DNA of 64,000 nucleotides from Octopus bimaculoides. Lineage: Eukaryota. The notes below the pieces were generated by a model, which saw nothing but the letters and a program-made list of their open reading frames with translations, did no database searches and was not told the origin of the DNA. This document shows, piece after piece, positions 51,839 through 63,877 of this stretch (positions are counted from its first letter, which is position 1; each line of letters starts with the position of its first letter). The translations under genes were made by a program, and so were the position numbers. The DNA lies in the NCBI RefSeq assembly GCF_001194135.2, contig NC_068989.1:57047665-57111664 (forward strand). The letters are read 5' to 3'.

Positions 51839-52016
51839 GACTGAACACTATTCAATTTTTTTTCTCCGTGTTTTTCTCCTTGTCTCCGTATTCTTTCTTT
51901 TGAAGAGCGTAGCTCGAAACGTCAAAGACTTTCCGTATTCCCGAGCGTCATACTAATATATACTTTTGTTATTTACACCACCTGTCCTCGTCTGTTGTTA
52001 TTTTTTGTATATTCTC

Positions 52017-52018
<2 letters not shown>
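51839..52018 (+). mobile_element. Penelope-like element terminal fragment with hammerhead-like motif, between (TA)n tracts
   Basis: Near-identical to 9061-9244; contains GAGCGTAGCTCGAAACGTCAAAGA. Confidence 0.6.
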
Positions 52019-52064
<46 letters not shown>

Positions 52065-52297
52065 CGTCTTACATACATACGTATATACTGCTTGTATGCA
52101 TATCTAAAGACGTATTTATTTACCTGCTGATTACTGTTATTGTTATTATTATTGTTATTGTTATTATTGCTGTTGTTGTTTTTGGTGTTGGTATTGTTGT
52201 TGTTGTTTAAAGCAGCTCGACGAATTGAAATATATATTAGTGTAAATAAACCATACAAATGCAGTCGTTGTACCATCCACATCTACACTAGCACGGC

Positions 52298-52355
52298 ATG
52301 GCGAGACGCTGCTGCCGCTGCAGCTACAACAGGAACGCTACCAACTTCTGTTTTG
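52298..52355 (+). CDS. Candidate first coding exon of an unidentified gene (MARRCCRCSYNRNATNFCF, phase 1)
   Basis: ATG in a good context (GGCATGG), in-frame upstream TAG, locally GC-rich non-repetitive sequence and a strong donor G|GTAAGA at 52356. No protein family was recognised and no downstream exon was found. Confidence 0.33.
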
Positions 52356-54511
52356 GTAAGATGACGAACCAAATTTAGCAAAATTTATAAATACATTCTA
52401 ACAGGTGTGTCTAAATATGTATGTATGCCAGTATATAGGTGTGTGTGTGTGTGTGTTTGTATATCTGTGACTATGTCAGATGTTACTGTGTTTGTAACTA
52501 TGTACGTTTGAGTCTGTACGTGTATGAATAAATGTGTGTCTGTGTGTGTTTGTGTCGTTGTTCCAGTCTATTTTTAGTGCATTTGATTCTACATAGAACG
52601 TTTCGTTCGCCTTAATTAAATTTCTTTCGTTTTATAATTATTCGTCCTGTCTTTCATGTACCTCACATTTAGTTTCAAATGGTTTGTGTTCGTGCGCGTG
52701 TGTATATGTCTGTATGCGTGTGTGCACGCGCGCGTGTGTGTGTATACGTGTGTATGTATGTGTATTTCTGTATGTGTGTGATTCTGATTTATATCTTAAG
52801 TTCTTTAAAATGTTTTATATCTATTTCTATATATATNNNNNNNNNNNNNNNNNNNNNNNNNNNNNNNNNNNNNNNNNNNNNNNNNNNNNNNNNNNNNNNN
52901 NNNNNNNNNNNNNNNNNNNNNNNNNNNNNNNNNNNNNNNNNNNNNNNNNNNNNNNNNNNNNNNNNNNNNNNNNNNNNNNNNNNNNNNNNNNNNNNNNNNN
53001 NNNNNNNNNNNNNNNNNNNNNNNNNNNNNNNNNNNNNNNNNNNNNNNNNNNNNNNNNNNNNNNNNNNNNNNNNNNNNNNNNNNNNNNNNNNNNNNNNNNN
53101 NNNNNNNNNNNNNNNNNNNNNNNNNNNNNNNNNNNNNNNNNNNNNNNNNNNNNNNNNNAGTAGCACAGATTTTTGCACCAGCAGTTTTCCCTCTTTGCTC
53201 CACCACCGTCAAACCAAACCAAACCAAACCACCACCACCACCAGCACCAGCAATAGAGGCGCCGACATTAAGCTGCCAACCTTTACTCAAAGCCACTAGT
53301 ATATATTATAGTATAATAAAACCAGGCTCGACGGCAGCACCAATTTTTCCATCTGTTTCTATTTATTTATTTATTTATTTATTTACTTATTTATTTATAG
53401 TCAGAGATGGTGCTTCATAGACATAAGAAATGGTTTGATGGTTTACAAATGACAAAAATTAAATATAAACAAGTGAACAATAACATATAACGAAAGAAAG
53501 AAATACTGAAGAATTGAAGCAATAATAAAAAAAATAATAATATTAACAATAATAATAAAAATACAACTGGACAAACAGTGAAAAAAATAAGAAAAGATTC
53601 ATAACTGCCCCTCCTTGCCGATGGATTGGAAAAAATTTGGTCGGTTATTGGTGTCATTAAGCAGTTTCGTCTCCAGCGATAGTTAATACATCAATAATAA
53701 CAATAAGCATTACGATGATGATGAGGACGATAATGATGATGATGATGGCGATAATTCTATTTAATGGACAAAGATATTAGATTGAAAGTTAAAAAAAAAA
53801 GAACAAGGAAAAGGAAAATAAGAAAGTGAGAGAAAAGGAGAAAAATATATAAACAAAAATTATCCGACAATTACAGGATGGTTCCGACGATGCTGATATC
53901 TCAGTTACGTGAAAAATTCAAACCTTCTTTAAATTAAATCTTCTTCTTCATTCTCTCTTTCTCTTCTTGCTCACTTGATTTTTATACCGCGCCTTTGTTG
54001 TGCTTCTGCATCACTATCTCTGTCTTTCGTTGCATTACCTGTCCTTGTCTCAGCCCCATCACACATCGCACACTGCCACACAGACTCCCCCGCATACACT
54101 GTACACCAACACAAATACATTCGACTTAATCATAGCGTTCTTTCTTTGCCAACCGCTTTCATTATACATACATACATGCATACATATATGCATACATACA
54201 TGTATACATATTCTTAGTTTGACGTTAACGTCTGTTTGTTAATAATAATTATATGGTTATTATTAGTGGTAGTATTATAAATGGTGATAATAATTAGAAT
54301 AAACCTTAAACAATTCTTTTCTCTCTTTATCCCTCTCTTTATTCACTCATCCGTGCACACACCTAATTTCTAATTAAACTTTCAATCACTAATTAATATT
54401 GTTCATTTAATTGTTTTGAAATTCGAACATACACACACACACATACATACATACATACATGCATACATACATACATACATACATACATACATACAGGTAT
54501 CTATATAACTA

Positions 54512-54562
<51 letters not shown>

Positions 54563-54594
54563 CTATACATTCATCCCCACACACACACACACCC

Positions 54595-54662
<68 letters not shown>

Positions 54663-55118
54663 ATAGTTGATGGTTTGTATGTTCGCTTGAGTGTTTAGCT
54701 TTCGTTTTTGTCCTTTTTATGGCTTTTTAACTTTAGTATTTTGTTTTCTTGTTTTACATTCTTAAACATAACATTAATGTTGTTGTCTTGAGGATATTTG
54801 CTTAGCTATCAAGGTTTGCAATTCATTATAATTACTACCGACATACGCATACGTCTGCACACGTAAACACACAAGCGCACAGACAAACAAGCGCATACAC
54901 AACATATATTTATATATATTTAAGAACCGCCTGCTAATGTTTTAGGTGAAATAGCGCTGTAGGTAATGTTTATCCATTGTCATTAACAACAAACATTACA
55001 CACACATATTCATACACACATTGTCGGCATGAGACAGTGATAAGTACAGTCTATTAACAAACCAAACCTGTCAGACTGCAGCAACAATCATTAACAATAA
55101 TGAGTACAGATGGAAGTA

Positions 55119-55158
<40 letters not shown>

Positions 55159-56288
55159 GTCGCAGTAGTAGCAGTAGTAGCAAAACCATCCGATTTCTAT
55201 TATAAGTTTGCTATAAGTAGTTGAATTTCAATAGCTTATATGCATGCATGTCAATATGAACGTGTGTATGAGAGACGGAGCGAAAGAGAGGAAGAAGAAA
55301 AGAGAGCGAGGGCGAGGAGGAGAGAATTGAGTTGTGAAGGTGCCGCGATGTTTATAATGGTGTACTGTACGTGTGTAACTGGAAACATGTGCAATAAGAA
55401 TGTGTAAGTGTTTTATATTTTACTTTTATTAATTTTTCCTGCACAAGACGAGATAGGTGTTTAGTCGATTCATCAACGTTATATATATATATATATATAT
55501 ATATATNNNNNNNNNNNNNNNNNNNNNNNNNNNNNNNNNNNNNNNNNNNNNNNNNNNNNNNNNNNNNNNNNNNNNNNNNNNNNNNNNNNNNNNNNNNNNN
55601 NNNNNNNNNNNNNNNNNNNNNNNNNNNNNNNNNNNNNNNNNNNNNNNNNNNNNNNNNNNNNNNNNNNNNNNNNNNNNNNNNNNNNNNACAGATAGATAGA
55701 TAGATATACAGATAGATAGATATACAGATAGATAGATAGACACAATAACGTGTTTTTTTTTTTTTTATTCTAAACGGTGTTCTATATAACAATAACTATT
55801 GTACTGCATAATAAATCACACTATACCACACTCAGCTTCCACTGTAGCATGGCAAAAACCACAAGGATGGCTGTGTATTTAATGTAAGTTATTCACTGTC
55901 TGCTTGCTTTCTGTTTCGTTTTCCTTCCTTCCTTCCTTCCTTTACTTCTTATAAGCATCACTGTGAACAAATGTGTTCATCATCATCATTATCATCATCT
56001 TCATCATCATCATCGTCGTCGTCGTCATCACCACCATCATCATCATCATCGTCGTCGTCGTCGTCGTCGTCATTGTCGTCATCGTCATCGTCATCGTCAT
56101 CATCATCATCACCATCGTCATTATTATTCCCCTGATCGAAACAGTTATTATAATCATTACTGGATTGTCACAGCGGATAGACACACATACAAGCAAGCAC
56201 ACACCCACATGACGCACATACACATACATATGCATATGCACATACATATACATGATTGACGTATGCACATACACGCACGCATACATAG

Positions 56289-56327
<39 letters not shown>

Positions 56328-56635
56328 TACACACACTCGCAGCGTATTTATAAGATTTCACTAAATAAAGAGCCTCTCACTATTTCTCTCACTAAGTGAT
56401 TTTAGATTGGTGAGAAGCACTGACTACTGCACAGCGAAAAAAAAAAACAGCAGCAGCAGCAGCAACAACAAAAACAACAACATAATAATAATAATAATAA
56501 TAATAACAATAATAATAATAATAATAATAACAATAACAACAGCAAAGGCAATAATAGCAATGACGCTATCAATGAAACCTATTGGTGTGCAGAGGCTTTA
56601 AAGCTTTCATCGTCAACCACCTCCACAACAACACG

Positions 56636-56678
<43 letters not shown>

Positions 56679-57764
56679 GAGCGTTACGAGAAAGAGAGAG
56701 ACAGAAAGAGAAGTGTTAGTATTAAAGTTTGTCACGCTACTATGAGTATTGACTGAAGCTCTACTCTAATAATAAAAGACGTATCTGCGACAGAAACAGG
56801 CTGTTTAAATTGTTGTATTTTTTATTACATATTGGTTCTTATTTGATTTTTACCATCTTCCGAAAGTCATTTAACTTTAAAAACTGAATATGTATTAACA
56901 GAAAAAGAAATTTTACTTTTTCTTCCCATCTTCTCATAGTATTAATAATATTTTACAGATCCTTATTCCATTTTCGAACTTAACAGGTACATGTAACGAA
57001 ACAAGTGACCTTATATTTCTTGTTAGATTTAATACACATTTACAGTTTTGTTTTGCATGATAAAATATCATAAATATTGTTGCTGCTATTTTTATCCTGG
57101 TCATTATTATTCTTAACGTTATTTTATATTCATTCTCTATCACATCTCAAATCGATTTCAAGCACTGAGTGTGCTTTTTGCAAGAGCTAGCCACAAGATT
57201 GTAAAGCAAGGAAAAAAGACTAAGTTACTTTTTTTTTAAGGAAAAATTTTATTTCCGAAACAGAGATAAATGAGAAATAAAATTTAAAATAAACTGTAAA
57301 TGTATTACTTTCGGATATAAACGTTTTTCATTTGAAATGGTTCATTTTTTTCCATGATGGCCTTACAGAATCCTACGCACAGTAAAAGTTTTCCCTTTTA
57401 ACACTTGAACAATTTTAAAAAAAGATTTTCATTGTCATACGTGTTTATTAATGATGTTTTGCACTTATCTAAAGACAACATTTTATTAATCGAAGCCGTG
57501 AACAATTTATCATAAGTTTCACTTTCATAGGGATTATATTTCTTCACGTTATTTTCTTAAATCAGAAAAAGCAGTTTCTCGAACGTTGTTTTCTTTTTCT
57601 TTCTTTTTCTTTGAGTTTCACGTTTCCTTGTACCCACCTCATTGCAATATCACACACTTCCTCACGAAATAAATACTATTGCCTTATTCGTTCTGTATCC
57701 AGGAGGGAAGCGATGGTTTATTTCTCAATTGCGGGTTTCGTCATGTTCGTTAAGATTTACCTGA

Positions 57765-57816
<52 letters not shown>

Positions 57817-58125
57817 TGACAACAACAAATTAGTCAATTACCAACAATCTGTCTAACAATGCCATTTTGATAGAGGAGCCGGCAGCTTTGAGCTTGATGA
57901 TAAATGTAGTTGTAGTTAATATATTAGTTCACCGCTATGTTGGGGGTATAAATTGATATTCTGCTCACCGTCAAAGTAACCATTCCTTTCTATCTTCATT
58001 CATTCCTTCTTTCCATTATTTATTTATCTATCTATTTATTCCACTTTTGCACCTTTTCAGTTTCATTTCCTGTACACATTCTCCCCTTATCTCTTCTTAA
58101 TTAAACATCATTCGACATGTCTGAC

Positions 58126-58190
<65 letters not shown>

Positions 58191-58488
58191 GTGGGAACAA
58201 AAAAAAATACAATACAGGGTGAAAAAAATATCCAAACAAAACGAAAGAAGAGAAACTGACAAAAACAAGCCTGATAACATAAAAAACAAACACACTTGTA
58301 CAATTTTAATGAAGGGTTGCGCAATTATAGAACCTGAAAGTGTAACTGCCTTGATGATGAAGTATCAGTGACGATTAACATGATAAATTTGCCTGCAGCT
58401 GAATGTTACCGAATATTATTACTTTTATAAATCAGTCTTGCATTGAAACACTCGCTCCTCTTTTTCTTGTTCTCTGATACACATACAT

Positions 58489-58534
<46 letters not shown>

Positions 58535-58568
58535 NNNNNNNNNNNNNNNNNNNNNNNNNNNNNNNNNN

Positions 58569-58612
<44 letters not shown>

Positions 58613-60594
58613 GTTCGTTTCTGCTCTTCCAATTGCAGTATTCTGAAACTGGGTTTGGTTGTGATTAACATGTGTGAAGGAAATCTTGGAATATATCTAT
58701 TTATACATGCTTTTTTTTATTCGCAAAGATTTATCGTGGAAACGGATCAAACAATGAACCGAAAACGGACTACTTTACATGAGAACTGGATACCGATTTT
58801 AAAGGAAGTGTAAATGGTGAAACTTCATATATCTTTTGGTAAAAATATGGATGGAGAATTAATAGGAATATCACTGGCAAGCTTATTTTTTACATCAATG
58901 CGGACTCAAGCACTATTAGCTTGACTACTTGTCTATCATTATCAATAAGGATAACAATGAAAACATGGCCTTTGTCATCGTTATAGACGCTAAGAATTTT
59001 TTATATATTCCAAAATGGATATTAAATACAATATGAATTACAATATACTCTAAAAAAATATGTATTTGAAATAAAACCGAAAACAATGTAAGTTTCTAAC
59101 ACTTGAAAAAGATGATAATATATTAGTGTTATTGCTCAGCAAGTTCTACCACGTCACAAAACCAATGATGGTCAATAAATAATAAAGAGGTAAAGAAAGA
59201 AAGAAAAATTCGACCCTGCACTGTAACAGTGTACTAATTACATCTTTTCAAAAATGTATAATTTTCGCCCACCTTAGCTAGAGATGGGACTTGTTGAAAT
59301 ATTGGTCAAGTAAATATATGTACAAAGGATATTATGACTTCATTTGCCTTGGCGAGGATCTGTGTTTCATAAATGGATTTTAAGGGAAACTGCGATCAAA
59401 CTCCCGAGACAGCCTCTACAGCGAGATGTTCATTTATGAAAAGATATACGTAAAAGTGCATCATCTGTTTCTGTAAATGTTCTCGTACAAAATACTTTAC
59501 ATTTATATACTCACCTTTATTGCCATATACTGATATACACAGTTTACAAATGTGATTGAGTTTTAATTTCTTCGTTTTAGTTTCGTAAACAATTAATAAA
59601 ACATAAATAAAGCTTAAAAACAGATGGTCATATATATACATATACATTGACAGTTACATAAACACACTCGTGTTCACAATTACATATATACACAGACACA
59701 TACATACAGATATATACATACATCAGTACAAACACACACTCGTGCAAATAACCACCTACATATTAAGAAACATAAACGCACATACACACACGCATGCACT
59801 TAGACATACACATGCACACATTCACACACACAATCGTTACTATTATCATTTGGATCCTGCAAGGAAAGACGCGATAAACTTGCAAATTATATATATGTAT
59901 GTATATGTAATCAAAGCAAGGAACAGAAAATTATTAAAGTAAAACATAAAAAGATGAAGAAATGTTAATCGATCGAAAGACAAATATGAGGATAATAATG
60001 GTAATAATGCTCAACCTGGAATAAATTCCCGCCCCGTCCCTTCTGTGCTACTTCCCGCTCTTCGATGGACGTATAAGTGGAAAAGGGAGATCACTGCGTT
60101 ACACTGTCTTCGCCTAACCACATAAGTAAGTTCTTTCGAAATATCTAATTTGTCTGCCGTTCTAATATTGTTTCTTTATTGCTGTATAAAACTGTATATT
60201 AAAGAAAACTATAAACGAACCTAACCATATATCCAGTAGTTTACTTAACATTATTTTTTCTATTTCATTCCTTACCATTATTTGTTAAAAATACCCACAT
60301 ATAACTTTCATACTTCCTTAATTAGTTTTAATATTTTTAAAGTTGTTGTTTATTCTGCAAAGTTGTTCAGAACGGTAATTATTCTGGTCTACAAAAGAGT
60401 AAAACGTTTGATACAAACATTCAATGCCTTATTTGTATTCTGAGAAAACACAAACGACAATGAGATCTGTTAACCTTAGGACAGCGCTTGCGAACATTTT
60501 TTGGCCTTATTTATCGGAATTCGAATTTCTTTACTAATCCCGTGGTTATTGCGGTCTCTCTAACACCCATTCATGTATTTTATATTATTATATA

Positions 60595-60692
60595 CAGGGT
60601 GTCTATAAAGTCCGTGCGCGATTTAAAATATTTGTAGCTTTGTAACTTTACATGACAGAACTAAATGGTACAACGACTTTATAGACACTTTA
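60595..60692. mobile_element. 98 bp Tc1/mariner-type MITE
   Basis: TIRs CAGGGTGTCTATAAAGTC (60595-60612) / GACTTTATAGACACTTTA (60675-60692; the inner 14 bp are perfect), flanked by TA on both sides. Confidence 0.8.
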
Positions 60693-62738
60693 TAGGGAGC
60701 CCTTTGTCCCTTTAAAGCATAGGCCATTAACGTCATTTCTCCATTGTTCTCAACTCTAGGCCGTCCTTTCTTTGGTCTCATTGGTTTTAAATTGCCATCG
60801 ATGCTTCTGTAACTTACCTTTTTTTTCTCGGTAGGGTTATTGGCCGCCCTATGCAAATCAAATTTTACATCTAGGAAAAATTGGTCCATTTTAGTCTGGC
60901 CTATATCCTTTGGCCTGTTCAGCATGTGAGGCTCTACCAAAAGTTTGTGCTCGGCTATCAGAGTCATTGAGACACGTAAGCTACTGCACCGCAACAATGA
61001 CTGGACCTTATGAGAGATACATGTATCTTAACTTTAGGTAAATGTGTAGGGAAATGTTTTTTCATTACAAGATAATGCAGAAAGACTTCCATCTACCAAA
61101 CCCACTCACAAGTCACATAAAATTCTCCTATATGTCAGCGTTGAAACGCATGTCATAGATTTGCTATCACTGCCCTAAGATGTAGGAACCTATGAACGTG
61201 ATTATACGAAGGATTGAAAGAAATTAATATATCTTAATGTCAGTAAAGCGGCACCTGTCGATCCAAAAGCAGAGTCTTTGGTAACACGACAAAGTTAAAA
61301 GCACTGGCTCTAACCCACACAATTTTTCGACATGAATGATTTTAACTGAATAGATATCATTACTTAAAATCGACTCCAGCGAAGTTTGAACTGATATCAT
61401 TAAAATATAGAGTCCTACAGAAAAAAAAGAAATAACTGTGAATCAACAAGAGTGAGTTTCAAACTTAGAACAGTTTTAGTGTATTTAAGTTTTCTGCAAT
61501 TCTTTTATCTCTAATCACGATGTAAAAACAAAACTTGAAGATGTATCTCCGGAGTCCATTCATAGGAAGTTTATATGTGTTAGCATATTAAATATATTTC
61601 AGTGTATTGATTTTATTAATGTTCATAATGTGTTGCAGCAATATTAATATTTTCAGAAAGTTCAGTAAGTCGGTTCAGTAGTAAATATATTGTGTTATAG
61701 CATTGCAGTTTTTTTAATGCATAACTTATGATCATTTAGTCAGATGAAGAGTGATGTTCATAATCTTTGAAAACTCCCCCAGACTGGAGATTGACGAGTT
61801 TAATGCTCAAGTAGAATCTATGCACCTTTACCCTCAAGAAAGAAAAAGAGAGGATGTGATTTCAAGCGTGTACGTTTCTAAGCAAAGGGGTGGAATTGAA
61901 CGAAGTATTATTTAGCAAGGGGTTTGAGGATTAATGGAAAATAGGAATGACAAAAAGTGAGGCTGCAACATAAATCGTGTTTGGGTAGGGGTGTACACTA
62001 TTTTTTAGTTCAGAGTATCAGTAGCCATAATTGGAGAGAAAGTGAGCAGAAACTACATCTGTGGGCCTGTGGCGGTAGTTTTTCACAAAAAATGCAATGT
62101 ATATGTACATGGTTTTTCACACATTTTTATGAAATTATTCTTACTGGTTTCTTTATGTTCACTTTCATAGGAGTATTTTAAAGCAACTCAACAAGACTAA
62201 GATTCCATGTGAATTATAATGCTACGTAGAGATATATTCTATCTCATCATATTCCATCATATTTATGAACCTTCATTAGTAACAGAACTGTGCTCAAACT
62301 ATGGGAGATTTCATGCTGTCTCTATTTCCTTTTGTTCGATTAGTTTCAGCTCTCACAAAATAAATGCAACTTAGCTGTCTGAATGATATTTCTATACATG
62401 AACCACAAAATTGCAAATACGGAAGATAACAAAAATACACTTATATATTCAAACTTCAGCTGTCATCTTAGATGTTAGAGTCACAAGGCTTCGGCCGTTG
62501 TATCATCCAGCTTTCTTGAATAAAACTCTCCCCCATTTGTAATGCCGTTTGCTTGTTTCACTTGCACTGATGTATGTATATGTATGTATACTCTTATGCG
62601 GTTAGATATACCTGTGTATAAGTATACATATTATCATATTATATATAGTATATATAATATATTATATATATATATGCGTATGTGTGTGTGCGTGCGTGTG
62701 TGTGTGCGTGTGTGTGTGTGTGTGTGTGTATCTGTGTA

Positions 62739-62799
<61 letters not shown>

Positions 62800-62907
62800 T
62801 TGCCAAAAATTCATGAGCGAGAAAAGAAAGATGCTCGTATATTTGTGAATAGAATAGGTATATTAATCAAATCATAGAGTTTTATAGATCCATTACAGCC
62901 GGAAATA

Positions 62908-63049
62908 CCAATCCGTGTCAACTGGATATTCGGTAATCGGAGGATTATCTTATGACTGTGATCATCAGAGATGGCAGGTGTGAAAGAAAAGATGAGCGCA
63001 GTTATTGGACTACCATGTGATTACCGAATGCCGGTGTAAAACTGATTGG
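62908..63049. repeat. Degenerate inverted repeat, 31 bp arms (possible old MITE)
   Basis: CCAATC...ATTCGGTAATC (62908-62938) versus GATTACCGAAT...GATTGG (63019-63049); 22 of 31 positions pair. Confidence 0.55.
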
Positions 63050-63490
63050 CAAAAGTCAGCTGAGATGGATCTGTAATATTCTAAAACTTACTTAATTTAT
63101 ATACATACACACACGAAGGCACACACACACATGTTCTGTGCCTTCTGATATACAGAATTTGGGATGTAAAGCAATGTCCTTCAATGGTTGGCTGATCATT
63201 TGGTTTGCAATCATTCTCCCCAAATTAGCTGTATACATGCAAAGTGAGATACAGGCCTGCAGTAGCTGGGGGCTTATAGCAGTAGTAAGATGATGTCGCA
63301 AGAAAGAGTACTCAGTACCATAGTACAAATCAGAAAGATTTTCATTTTGATGTGGCCGGTCCCTTGCTACTGTTATGTTTCGTCTGACAACTTTCCGAAC
63401 GCACAGGGGTAGCTCCAGACTAGCAAGAGACTAACTCCAGCAATATGTAAGTATATACTTTATTTTAAAACAGCAGAAATATAACAAAAG

Positions 63491-63528
63491 CTGTTACTCA
63501 GAGTTTCACGTTCCCGTTCGTCAGACAG
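63491..63528 (-). ncRNA. Minimal type I hammerhead ribozyme, canonical core
   Basis: Minus RNA: CUGU [CUGACGA] ACG-GGAA-CGU [GAA] ACUC-U-GAGU [A] ACAG = stem I, canonical core, stem II with GNRA loop, GAAA, stem III and a GUA cleavage triplet. Confidence 0.82.
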
Positions 63529-63543
63529 TTTTGTTAAAAAAAA

Positions 63544-63581
63544 CTGTCCGACGAACGGGAACGTGAAACTCTGAGTAACAG
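63544..63581 (+). ncRNA. Minimal type I hammerhead ribozyme, U4C core variant
   Basis: CUGU [CCGACGA] ACG-GGAA-CGU [GAA] ACUC-U-GAGU [A] ACAG; predicted cleavage after 63577. Confidence 0.75.
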
Positions 63582-63685
63582 GTTTTGTTATATTTCTGCT
63601 GCTTTTAAATAAAGTATATTACTCTACTTCTGGTATTTTAATACTCTTTTTTTCCACCTTGTTTCACATTTATGAGCTTATTCCA

Positions 63686-63731
<46 letters not shown>

Positions 63732-63736
63732 GTGTT

Positions 63737-63815
<79 letters not shown>

Positions 63816-63877
63816 TATGTGAATACAAATTATGTATGCATGCATGCATGCATGCATGTATGTATGTATGTATGTAT

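Larger units (their letters stand above)
63447..63622. mobile_element. Near-perfect ~176 bp palindrome, probably inverted PLE terminal repeats
   Basis: Arms of ~87 bp meet at TT|AA (63534-63537) with only a few mismatches or indels. Each arm contains a hammerhead ribozyme. Confidence 0.85.

Noticed and set aside
52248-52275. KPYKCSRC as a C2H2 zinc finger
   Set aside because: The following F/L/H-x3-H residues are absent and there is no array.
60623-60997. 124 aa ORF with RPKKGRPR, possibly an RTE tail
   Set aside because: The similarity is limited to a short basic motif, and the ORF runs through a MITE; it cannot be assigned.
62480-62515. Minus-strand CTGGATGA...GGCCGAAG hammerhead-like motif
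   Set aside because: Stem II does not pair and GAAA is incomplete; at most a very old relic.
63368-63395. Minus-strand GACGAAACATAACAG as a third ribozyme beside the palindrome
   Set aside because: No core upstream of the putative stem II.
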